Virus record (IMG/VR): IMGVR_UViG_3300026549_000030
Span: 32,001 to 96,000 of that record
Length of the DNA: 64,000 nucleotides
Source of the DNA: a virus
Taxonomy: Duplodnaviria; Caudoviricetes
Direction: 5' to 3' (one strand)
This document shows, in pieces, positions 10,108 to 20,600 of the stretch; position 1 is the first letter of the stretch, and every line of letters begins with the position of its first letter. A model generated the notes under the pieces. It was not told the DNA's origin, ran no database searches, and saw nothing but the letters and a program-made list of their open reading frames with translations. A program made the position numbers and the translations under genes.

Positions 10108-11868
10108 TTATCTGTTTTCGTCGTCTATGATTTCAAAAAATCCGTTCTTGTACTTCACCAAATCGTCAAGTGAAGTTATTTCTCCAAGGATTGAGTGTCT
10201 TTCATAGGCTGCTGAGGTTCCGCGCTCTATTCTAACGTTGTCGGCGCTTACTGACATATCCTGTATTCCGAACAGCGATTCCTCCTTGAAATACGGTACA
10301 TCCTGCGATTCTGTTCCCGTCCTTTCTATCGTCGCGCTGAAATCAGCATACATTCTATCTGCATATAATCTACGTGCGCTGTAATCAATATCAAGATAGT
10401 AGAATAACTTCTGACTTGGTTCGCTCTCCATTGTTACGTCAAAATATCCGTAAGTCTCACGATATGGATAAACCTCCGTATATTCAACTATATTCTGCCC
10501 TTCACCCTTATCAATATAATAGAATGTTATCTCTTCGTCCGTCCTTGAACTACTACAAATGTATGGAACGGCTGTTTCGTAGAAGATTTCGCCGTTGATT
10601 GTTCCACCCTGCTTCAATTCTCCTCTATTATTATACAATAGGCTGAACGGCATTTGCTCGCCGTTATCGTCTACGTCCGCGTTCTTGTAGTTGCTGAGTT
10701 TGCTTTCGGTAATTCCCGTTATGCCGCTTATGAGTGAAGAATCGTTCTCCTTCTCCCAATACTCGCTTCCTTCCGCCGGCGGATTGACGTCATAATATCC
10801 CTTCACAAAATACTTCTCATTTCCGTCCGTCTTTACGTATGTAATATCAGGATTTTGTAGAACTGCGGCGTCACTTCGGTATGCTTTGTAAATATCGTCG
10901 TCAGGATCTGAAATCCTTTCTTCAATGAACTCGCTCAGTGTCGTTGGAACAGGAACCTCGAGAACTGCATATCCCTTTTTAAGCGTCCATACGATTCCGT
11001 CTGAATCGCTAACCTTGTCTCCGACAATATACTTTCTGCCGGGAACCCAATCTGAAGCAACGGAAGTGAAAATTCCCATATCCTCATTCTCACTTTCAAT
11101 ATAGAATATAATTGGAATGAAACCCTCCATTCCGCTTGTCGCTTTCTTTCTATATTCTGCAAATTGAATGAAGTTCTTAGCCCTGTTAAGCGCAGGTAAA
11201 TTTCCGTTGTCAGTGTCAAGTTTAAAATATGAAATGAAATCAGCGAAATTGCCGTTAACCCAGAAATAATCACCGACACATATTCCGTTTACGATATTTC
11301 TGTTATTGGTATTATCGTTATATCTTACTTTTCCGCCGAATGAAACCTCAAATCCCGAAACAGTCCAATTTTCACATTCAGGACTCTCATTATAATAAGT
11401 GTTTCCGCTATCGTCCCGCACTGTTTCAAGGCACGCGCCTTTCACATAAGGAACGGTTGTAGAGAATATAAACTCACTTGGGCTCTCCAAGAAATCCTCT
11501 ATCGGAATTTCAACCATTTTCCTTCCCGTGCCCCTCGCACAGAACTGGAATATCCTTGAACTCCTGAAAAATTCATTAATGTAGGTAATGATATTCATCA
11601 TAGTACGATACCTTAGCACAACTCTTTCCATTGCACCCTTTGAGATATCGTCATAATACCTTTCCTCGTTGTTCCTGAACCTTATAAGCCCGTCTTCTGC
11701 TCCGTTGGAAACACCTGCCTTGACAACCGGCAGATTGTCATAAATCTCCTCGGGAACAAGTCTGTTATTTTCAAGAATAATGTCATCAGCGAGTCCGCTC
11801 GCCGATGTCTGTTTCACAAATCTATTCTTGAATTGCTCGAGGCTTACTTTTCTTACTATTGTTTTCAT
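10108..11868 (-). CDS. Putative baseplate/tail structural protein, 586 aa
   Basis: 4-bp overlap with the upstream gene; C-terminal IERGTSAAYERHSILGEITSLDDLVKY; internal WVPGRKYIVGDKV resembles a CBM5/12-like motif. Confidence 0.5.
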   Translation of the reverse strand: MKTIVRKVSLEQFKNRFVKQTSASGLADDIILENNRLVPEEIYDNLPVVKAGVSNGAEDGLIRFRNNEERYYDDISKGAMERVVLRYRTMMNIITYINEFFRSSRIFQFCARGTGRKMVEIPIEDFLESPSEFIFSTTVPYVKGACLETVRDDSGNTYYNESPECENWTVSGFEVSFGGKVRYNDNTNNRNIVNGICVGDYFWVNGNFADFISYFKLDTDNGNLPALNRAKNFIQFAEYRKKATSGMEGFIPIIFYIESENEDMGIFTSVASDWVPGRKYIVGDKVSDSDGIVWTLKKGYAVLEVPVPTTLSEFIEERISDPDDDIYKAYRSDAAVLQNPDITYVKTDGNEKYFVKGYYDVNPPAEGSEYWEKENDSSLISGITGITESKLSNYKNADVDDNGEQMPFSLLYNNRGELKQGGTINGEIFYETAVPYICSSSRTDEEITFYYIDKGEGQNIVEYTEVYPYRETYGYFDVTMESEPSQKLFYYLDIDYSARRLYADRMYADFSATIERTGTESQDVPYFKEESLFGIQDMSVSADNVRIERGTSAAYERHSILGEITSLDDLVKYKNGFFEIIDDENR

Positions 11869-14800
11869 AATCCTTCGTAATAGTTGTAAATGTAAGGAGG
11901 AAGATTTACTGTTATTGTCTGATCACTTGTTGATAGCGGAATGAAAACGCTTACACGTCCAGAATCGCTAAATGTTATGTTAGGGTCGTCAACAAACGTA
12001 GCATTAATCGTCCAATCAACAATTCGTGTTGTGCCGTATATGCTCTTATCGGAAATTTCTGGGAATTGTATCGGAGACACCCCCCAAAGAATATTCGAAT
12101 TTGTAAATCCACGATTAACTGTCGGGTCGCTTAGCCATAATATTGAGCCATCGCTCATCTCCATATATATGTCACTTGAAACATTGACTGCTTCTGTTGA
12201 CGGCCATTCCCAATAGAACTGAGAACCGCTAAGATTAACGTAAACTTTTCCAACCGTTGAGACTTGCGAAACTGTTGTTTCGTGATAAAATAGCCCAAGT
12301 GCCTCGTCCTTTATAACTACGCCGCCGTATCTTTCAGATGTTGTATCATTTTGCGCCACGCTAAACGTGAAAATCCTCTTATGTTCCGAAGGTACATCTA
12401 TTGCGCCGTCGAGTGTAATCCATGGAATGTATGAATTTGGAACAAATGCACTTCCAAATCCATCCGGATCATAAATTTCAACGTCAAACGTTCCTCCTTC
12501 ATTAGGGAAATCTGTTATATTAAGAGGAGAACCGCCCCAATCTGAAACGACGCCAAATTGGGTAACTGTCACATTGATTTCTATGTTGAATGTCCTATCC
12601 CTTACAACGATAACACCATTAATAGGTGACAGTCTATTATTTCTTCCGAATGTAACAGTAACCGTTTTTGTTCCAACGCCGCCATTATCTGAAACGGTAA
12701 CATAATCTTTTCTTATAATATCCCATCCGAAGTTTTCCGGGTCGTTGATTGTGATTGTTGTAGAGGAACCTTCCCAATCGGATTCTACGGCGCTTGGTGA
12801 AATGTAGAACGGATAATTTGCCTTATCCTGTACAACGATAAGCGTAAACGTCTTGTCGCCACACTCGAATGTAGCGTTCATTTGTCTCGTGTCTCCGCTT
12901 TCTGCACCCATATTTGGAGAGACATTAACAGTTATAGACGTTGCTCCATTTCCTTGCGTAGGTGATATTGACATTCGTTCATCGCACGACACCATTCTCC
13001 ATTGTTTTCCATCTGGCACTATGACGCTTCCTTGAATATTTCCTCCCTCGTATCCAATATTTCCACCGTAGTTAAGAACCGCTTGATAATCCTCTCCTGA
13101 ATTCAATCTTGGCTCAAATAGATTTAGATTTAAGACCTCACTATTTGAAATATTTGGAAAATACCATATGTATCTATTTTGATTATAATCAAATTCAATT
13201 CTAACCTCCACATACATGTCCGAATATAATTCGTTCATGTTTATATATTTCATTCCGCTCCCGTCTACCGCTTCGTAGTTTCTCGGAAACCTTGAATCTG
13301 TTGGGGATATTACGTTTCCATTTGAATCAGTCGGAATGGTGAACGGTATAGTATAACCGTACTTCGCATGGCTAAATTCAACTTTCATATATATTGTCGC
13401 CTTGCCATCTTCGTCTAATAGTCCGGGAAACAGATAAAGATAAAACCCCTCGCTTGACTCTGTTGTGTTGTATTTATTTCTACAAGAAAATTCCGCTGAA
13501 AGCCTTTCTGTTGCATTTTCAGTAAAAACGTATTCACCATCGGCGCCGTTTACTGCAGAGCCATTTTTTACCGAACCGGTTCTTACGTTCGAAGAATATT
13601 GCCCATATAGCTTCTCGCCATTCAGAAACATTGTTGACGTAAACAAAAGTTTTTGCGTTCTCCTATCCCTTGTATTATAAAAAGACAAACGCAAAAAAGA
13701 ACGGCTTATCCTATTCCTCATTTTAATAACGTCTTCATCCGTAAACCCAAGATAGCCTATAAGGTCCGCTTGTTCTGGCGTATTTCCATGCGCCGGAACT
13801 AGAATTGAGCCCGCGCTTGCGTAGTTATTCCAATATAAGTCATCTGAAGTCTTCCAATCGTTATACGTATATCCAATTACTCGTTCTTCCCCTTCTTCAA
13901 CGCCTTTAATTGGTTCTGCTGTACGTTCTCTGAAATGAAGGTTAAACCTAAGTTCTTCCAAATCACGCATTTCTCCATTGATAATATAGACGGGTGAGAA
14001 GCACTTCTTTTCGTAGTCAATTACTTTATTCTTCGAACTGTTGATTAACTTATTCACAAAATCTGTCCTGAGCGTATCTTCCTGAAATAGGTTTGCCCCG
14101 AAATCCTGAAGTAACGGCTCTGAAAATCTTGCTGAATAGTTTGTCCTGTAAAGAACGGTTCCATTTGTGAAAACGCATTTTAAGCCCAAATCAGACGTTT
14201 CTGATGTTTCGGCGATAAATCTCTCGTCTTTCGCATAAAACGTCAAATTACGGCACTTTCTCGCAATCAGAGAGGCAATGTAGATATTCTCTCCTTCCCA
14301 CATTATAATATGTCTGTCGTTCTTTCCTGTTTTCAGAACGGGAATGATACAATTCTTGAGGATTATAGTTCCTGCGCTATACTCCCAAGTCTCGCCATAA
14401 AGCTGTCTGTCGCCATACGCCTCAATAAATTCGTCGTCCGTTTCTTCGTCAAGCACTACAAATACGTTAGCCTTCGTATTCTTTACATAACTGTAAATTC
14501 TCTCATTAGAGCCTGCCTTTGGGAACGCGTATTTTCCCGTACTTGCGTCAACGTTTGCCGTATAAAGGAAAGTTTCTTCGTAAAGGACATAATCTCCGTC
14601 ACAACGTCTAACGCCGTCTGCCGCCGTTGAATAATCTCCATATATGAATTCGTTGATATATGTAGTAGAGGCGCTGTATTTTCCGACAAGCCTATTTTCA
14701 AGAAAATCGTGAACACCGTCTCCGAGAGACAATATTAAAAATTTGCGCTCGCTGTCGGCATAATGATATTTTTCATATTCGTACCCTGCTGCGTTAACCG

Positions 14801-15059
14801 ATAATAGTCTGTATGGAAAATCAGGAATTGTAAAACTGTTCTTTTCGACTGTTTCTATCTCCGTTGAATAGAGGAATTGAATATCCTCTCCGTCTGAACG
14901 CGCAAACTTAACGGTTTCTCCGCTGTCGAGCCCGTGCTTAGGAGAATTTACCGTTATGCTGTCGGCTTTCCATACGACTGACTTCCCTCCAATATTTTCA
15001 ACTTCAATTGGAAGGTTCTCTCGCTTAATATCTTTTGAACTTATCTTGTATGTTAACAT
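11865..15059 (-). CDS. Structural protein with C-terminal BACON/Ig-like domains, 1064 aa
   Basis: Three BACON-like units (ISPTQGNGATSITVNVSPN; VSDNGGVGTKTVTVTFGRN; IPWITLDG..FSVAQNDTTSERYGGVVI). Confidence 0.65.
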   Translation of the reverse strand: MLTYKISSKDIKRENLPIEVENIGGKSVVWKADSITVNSPKHGLDSGETVKFARSDGEDIQFLYSTEIETVEKNSFTIPDFPYRLLSVNAAGYEYEKYHYADSERKFLILSLGDGVHDFLENRLVGKYSASTTYINEFIYGDYSTAADGVRRCDGDYVLYEETFLYTANVDASTGKYAFPKAGSNERIYSYVKNTKANVFVVLDEETDDEFIEAYGDRQLYGETWEYSAGTIILKNCIIPVLKTGKNDRHIIMWEGENIYIASLIARKCRNLTFYAKDERFIAETSETSDLGLKCVFTNGTVLYRTNYSARFSEPLLQDFGANLFQEDTLRTDFVNKLINSSKNKVIDYEKKCFSPVYIINGEMRDLEELRFNLHFRERTAEPIKGVEEGEERVIGYTYNDWKTSDDLYWNNYASAGSILVPAHGNTPEQADLIGYLGFTDEDVIKMRNRISRSFLRLSFYNTRDRRTQKLLFTSTMFLNGEKLYGQYSSNVRTGSVKNGSAVNGADGEYVFTENATERLSAEFSCRNKYNTTESSEGFYLYLFPGLLDEDGKATIYMKVEFSHAKYGYTIPFTIPTDSNGNVISPTDSRFPRNYEAVDGSGMKYINMNELYSDMYVEVRIEFDYNQNRYIWYFPNISNSEVLNLNLFEPRLNSGEDYQAVLNYGGNIGYEGGNIQGSVIVPDGKQWRMVSCDERMSISPTQGNGATSITVNVSPNMGAESGDTRQMNATFECGDKTFTLIVVQDKANYPFYISPSAVESDWEGSSTTITINDPENFGWDIIRKDYVTVSDNGGVGTKTVTVTFGRNNRLSPINGVIVVRDRTFNIEINVTVTQFGVVSDWGGSPLNITDFPNEGGTFDVEIYDPDGFGSAFVPNSYIPWITLDGAIDVPSEHKRIFTFSVAQNDTTSERYGGVVIKDEALGLFYHETTVSQVSTVGKVYVNLSGSQFYWEWPSTEAVNVSSDIYMEMSDGSILWLSDPTVNRGFTNSNILWGVSPIQFPEISDKSIYGTTRIVDWTINATFVDDPNITFSDSGRVSVFIPLSTSDQTITVNLPPYIYNYYEGL

Positions 15060-17656
15060 ATGTCGCCAGCTTTTTCTTCTTCGTATTCTGCGACGGAAAC
15101 GTCCTTAATCTTGCCTTCGGCGGCGCCCGTCTTGTAGTCAAGCGTATAATAATTATTGAGTCCGTATTCACCTGTTGGATCCTGCCTCCTCAGATAAAAA
15201 TTGATATTTGTATGCCTATAATGTGCCCCATTTGTAAATATCGAATCATAAAGTTCATCCCCTATTGTCAACGCACTATCTGATAATGGCTCTCTCCATA
15301 GATATCTTCCGGTAGAATCACACAAATCGTACGCATAATCAGGCATTTCCACATTAAACTTGAAAACATTATAACTATCAATGTCTATTGACTGTCCGTC
15401 ACATGTCTTAAATGATATGTTCATGTAATTCTTTCCGCCAACACTAGTAACAACCGCAGAAACTCTATTGCCATTTATCTTATGGTAAAGGTAAAGCGTA
15501 TCACCTGAGCTTAAAAAATAATTTACAGTTGTCTTTCCTGTAAATGAATTAGCCGTACCAGACGGTTTTCCGTCAGCAGAAAAAACAATCTTCTTGTGCA
15601 TTCCCTGATGAACCGTGTCACCATACTGTTTTATTGGTACCCTATAGTGCGGCTTATAATAGTATCCTTCAAAACATGGGATATTTTCGGATGCATTATC
15701 CGGTAGATACTTTTCTGTTACTATTGAAAATTCGCCATCAACGTCGTAATCATCGTAAAGTATCTCATCATATGAGATATTGTTGGCCCCACTATACCCA
15801 TTATCTCGCTGTACTGTGTTGAATCTATGATAAACCGTCTCTATAACCGTTTCTTCAACAGTATTCGGTGAAAATTCAACAATGTCCCCAACAAAAACGT
15901 TATTGTCAATTGTTATGTTATTTTCAACTACGGAAGAGGCGCCGTTTTTGTGTATTGTATGCACATTATAATCCGTTTCCGTACTCTGCAAATCGAATCC
16001 TGACGTTATCTCGCCAAAACAATGAGAATATTCAACGCTCGAATCCGCTGCACGTGAAGGATCACTACTTCCATACCATATATTATGCCCGGCATTTCTC
16101 TTAACTATTGTAAGATATATCTCACTTAAAGGGCGGTTCCAGTCATCCCTTAATCCAGTTAAAATAACGTCCTCGTTATATAGTATCTGTGCTACCTTGT
16201 CTGAGAATATGTTCTCACTGAACCCTAACTTGTTTATTGTTGTGCTGAATTCCTTGCTTGCGTTCTCTATTTCTTCTTCTGTTACTCCGTCGCTTACGCA
16301 AATATTCTCTGAATTGAAATTAGGTATCTTTCTGAATTTTCTTAAATAATATTGGCAATCTCCTCCATTAACATATTTTCTAACAATTATCTCATATTCC
16401 GGCTTTATATTTCCATTGCTGTCGATAAAGCCTTCTTCGTAATTAGATAGTCTTGAGAATACGTCAAACAACTTACTGGCACTAACCGCAAAATTATGCT
16501 TCGTATCTTCGTTTATATACCCAATCGCCTCGACGGTTGTTGGATAATCCATATCGACAGAAACGCCGTTTTTAATAACGGAAAACTTCACAGAGTCACC
16601 TTTCTGAAAAGTATTTGATAACTCCGTTCTAAGATAAACGAGAACGCCGTCCGTACCGTCTTTTTTCTCAAATATTGTTCCGTTTAAGTTGGTTCTTACG
16701 TAACACCTTAACCCGTTTACGCTTCTATTTGTTTTTGAATGCACAATTGTACTTCCAGAATCGTGCTCATATGGGTACGTTAAGCAAAAATCCCAATTGT
16801 TCTCAAGCCTTTTCCTGTATACATTAAATCTTGGAGTAAATGAATATAGCTCACGCCCAGGATACATATCTATAAATGCCCCTGCGCTTTCATCGTTCAT
16901 ACATTTATTAACTGTGTAAATGCTATTATCAAGCGAAACATTCGGTATGTCTATTGAAGACGGGTTAATAAATCCAACCCACCCATCTGATTCTACGAGA
17001 TTATAGTGCATGGCTTCCTGAAAAGAAAACACGGAATCCCTTGTATACAAATGTAACTCTGTTTCAAATTTTTCGAGCTTTCCCGAACTCTTTTCAGTTT
17101 TTACGATATTCTTTTTAATAATCCTTCCTGAGCTATCTCTCATATAGTCAGAAAGTTTATTGAACGTTGGTGTGTTTGCTAATTCACTATCATTAACAAC
17201 AGAGAACTCTTTTCTTCTCAACGAATGATTATTGAATATATCAGCGCCACAATGGTATTTGTAACCGCCTATCTCTTTATTGGAATAAGCGGTATCTCTG
17301 ATAAAATTAACAACGCTTCCATCGTACTTTGTTGCATACTTCAGCGCATTTCCTGTAAGATTACTTCTTGAAATTTCGTTTGTCGAATACACCTTTGCAT
17401 CATCACTTCCTTCATTAAGGACAACTTCGGTTTTTCCGTTAAAGAGAATGTTGCTGCACACCGGATTAATAGTAAATATCAACCTGAACGTATCGGAAGA
17501 ATCCTTTTCCTTCGTATATTCCTCATACGAATCAATCGTTTCGGAAATGCTGTCTGTTGGCAAAAGTTTCCTTTCCGTAGATAAATCTATTGAAAGATTA
17601 TTATCCACGTTGGACGATCTTTTCGATCTAAACTTATTTAAAAGCAACTTTTTCAT
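15053..17656 (-). CDS. Putative baseplate/tail structural protein, 867 aa
   Basis: Long ORF coupled within the structural operon; LRDDWNRPLSEIYLTIVK and GYYYKPHY motifs. Confidence 0.5.
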   Translation of the reverse strand: MKKLLLNKFRSKRSSNVDNNLSIDLSTERKLLPTDSISETIDSYEEYTKEKDSSDTFRLIFTINPVCSNILFNGKTEVVLNEGSDDAKVYSTNEISRSNLTGNALKYATKYDGSVVNFIRDTAYSNKEIGGYKYHCGADIFNNHSLRRKEFSVVNDSELANTPTFNKLSDYMRDSSGRIIKKNIVKTEKSSGKLEKFETELHLYTRDSVFSFQEAMHYNLVESDGWVGFINPSSIDIPNVSLDNSIYTVNKCMNDESAGAFIDMYPGRELYSFTPRFNVYRKRLENNWDFCLTYPYEHDSGSTIVHSKTNRSVNGLRCYVRTNLNGTIFEKKDGTDGVLVYLRTELSNTFQKGDSVKFSVIKNGVSVDMDYPTTVEAIGYINEDTKHNFAVSASKLFDVFSRLSNYEEGFIDSNGNIKPEYEIIVRKYVNGGDCQYYLRKFRKIPNFNSENICVSDGVTEEEIENASKEFSTTINKLGFSENIFSDKVAQILYNEDVILTGLRDDWNRPLSEIYLTIVKRNAGHNIWYGSSDPSRAADSSVEYSHCFGEITSGFDLQSTETDYNVHTIHKNGASSVVENNITIDNNVFVGDIVEFSPNTVEETVIETVYHRFNTVQRDNGYSGANNISYDEILYDDYDVDGEFSIVTEKYLPDNASENIPCFEGYYYKPHYRVPIKQYGDTVHQGMHKKIVFSADGKPSGTANSFTGKTTVNYFLSSGDTLYLYHKINGNRVSAVVTSVGGKNYMNISFKTCDGQSIDIDSYNVFKFNVEMPDYAYDLCDSTGRYLWREPLSDSALTIGDELYDSIFTNGAHYRHTNINFYLRRQDPTGEYGLNNYYTLDYKTGAAEGKIKDVSVAEYEEEKAGDIC

Positions 17657-17659
17657 TTA

Positions 17660-20600
17660 CTAATCTTCTGTTGAGGCAAATTGGGCCATATAATTATTCC
17701 ACTCCGTTTTAGTGTATTCTCTAACAATGAATATTTCGTTCGAATTCCTTGTATAGAAAATATCTATCAGTTCATTGTTCGAATATCTTCTAACATTTGC
17801 TGAACCATACCCCTCTGCGGTATTAACGCCTGCACTATAGAACCCATAAACGTAAGGATTATTTGTTGCGCCTTCTCCTGCCATGATGGTATCCCCATCT
17901 ATAACGCAATCTTCGTTATTAAGCCAGTCATTAAGAAATATGGTATTTATCCCTATAAAATTTTGATTATTAGTTTCAATTGTCTCATATCCATGAGGTA
18001 TATATTTTCTACCACTAAAAACATCGCTATCCCAGGCCGCATAGAACTTACATCTTTTTTCAACGCTTCTATAAAATACCGCACTGCTATATGCCCCTTC
18101 GTAATCACCAACAAATGTTACTCTTATACTATTACTTAATGTATTTAGCTCATTTTCATTAATGCCGGTATCGCCATTTTCCGTAACGCTAACGCTATAT
18201 GAAAAATCGGTTCTATCTTCGCAGTCTATTGAGCAGTTAACAACTTTTGTTGTATAATATTGTTCCAAATCATGATTCGTAGAAGCGGGAATAATGTTAT
18301 AATCCATACCATTATCTGTTGGCTCATATTCATACCCGCTGATAGAAATCTTATACTTTCTTCCTAAAATATTACCACTATTTGCATCTGAATACTCACA
18401 AATTCCGTTGGCTACAGCCACTTCTGCGCTTATTGTTTGTGAATTTGTCACGAAAAACAATGCCCTAAAGAAGAATGGACGATATATTGAAGGAACAGTA
18501 AACCGTATTTCGTTGTTTTTTGAATCCAAAATTTTTAATTTATAGTCTGGCTTCGTAGCATTTTGTGTATAATCGTGGTAATATCCATATTTCAATGATA
18601 TATCTCGTGTTGGCGAAACGAAGTTATCTATTGATAGCTCATATCCATCAGGAAGAGAAGATGATGATGTGTTTACTATCATAAGCCTATCATTTCCCTC
18701 GTCTGGTGATATTACCTTCTCCGCGCCGCCGTTTTCAATGATTAACGTATATGGTGTATTTTCCCCTACTATATCATATGGTATCTCTCCATATGCAGTC
18801 AACATTGATGAGCGAGAAACCATATAGAATATAGCTCTCTTGATATCATACATTGCTTTCTGATAGAGAGACAGGTTGCTCTTAAACGGCTCTGAATTCT
18901 TTAATGTCGTCCTCCACCCATTAACCGTTGAATCATTATAAGCATCGACAAAGGCAATTTTCCACCAATTTTCTCTTACATATTCTGGATTTGATGAGCT
19001 CTCTATGAGCGGCTTTATTATTCTCCTATATGAGGCATATTTGCTTCCATTGAAGTAAAAATCTAGCTCATTAGGCATCTGCATTGTTTCTGTTGCAACT
19101 TCTACTTCCTTAACAACGTTTCCGCAGCCATACATAATTGAAGTTGTATAATCCTCATCGCCAGCCCAACCGACTATTTCTTCGGTTGTTATATCAGAGC
19201 TTGTAATGACTGTTATTACATGGTAAGCACTTTCGTCAATTGGCGTTCCATTATAATTTGAATTCTTGATAATTTTCGCGTACGGTTTACTATTATCCTT
19301 TAGGTTTTCCGTATAAGCGATAACACCGGCAACATTTGCATCATCAAATAAGTTTTGCGGACTGTTAAATGTAATACGCCCGTTGCCACTCCTTACATCA
19401 AATGTTTCAACCTCTTCTGTATAGTTTTCAATTTGATGTGAGAAATAGCTAAAACTATCCGGCAATATTGTATCGACAGAGAATGTCTTTGTGATTACGG
19501 TTATGTTGCTTCCTGTAACTGTAACATCAACATCTGTTCCGCCAGGTATATCAAATATTTTATTTCCAACAAGTCTTCCGACGGATACGCTCTCTATTCC
19601 GCCTTTCTCTATGTTTTTCAGCTTCACGGTAGCCTCACCAATATCTTCGCATAACGTAGCATTCTTATTAACAACAACCGTAACCGACGGTCCATACTCT
19701 GACATTGATGGACATTCAGCATAGAACTCTTTATAGAGTTTGTCAATAGCTGTATTTCCTCCCTTTAAGCCAAAATAGAAATAGAACGAATTTTCATAGA
19801 CAGGCAGTGATACTGTTCCGCCATTTGAAATCAGGTACTTTTTCTTTGCGTCGTCTAATGTATATCCCTTTGGAAGTCCGAGTCTAAATCTATAATAGTC
19901 TACGCTATTTTCTTCTATTGTTCTTGTGAATTCGTTGGGCTGTCCTCCCGGTATGTAGTCTCTATTGTAATCGGAATCCTTAATCTTTTTTGATAGTTCC
20001 CCGTTAAAGTTAACGGGATTAATTGTCTCAAAAACGTATTCTCTTAACAAGGTATCATTGTTCTGAACCGTCTTTAACCCACGATAATTAAGCGTTGCAA
20101 ATTCATTTTTGAATCCATAATCATTGATTTCCTCGCCGGATATTAAGCCAGTCGGAACCGTATAATTATATCGCAATTCATCTGTTGTGTTTCCAATATA
20201 CGCCATTCTTTGCGAAAACATTGTGCCGACTTCGCATATTCTTGATAGGTTTACACAAGATTTTATATTCGTCTGAGAATTAAAGCATGATATACCAAGG
20301 AAATGCCCACCGGGAAAATAAAGATCAGAAATGCTGTTATCTCCTTGTCCAGGCCCATGGTATCCCCAATCTATTCCAGATGCTTCTGTTACTACATCTT
20401 CATTTCCATATGGGTTCTGCTCATAGAAGTCCTTTCCCTTACTCCAATTTATGACATTTTCTTTCCAATCTCTTCCAGAATGCCCACCATCAAGACGCTT
20501 GATTGGTTCGTCTGTCATTCCTCCTGAACATATTGAGCCTTCTTCGTTATTTCCGTAGATAAAACCGTCGATACCCAAATTTGTGCTTGCAAGCGTATCA

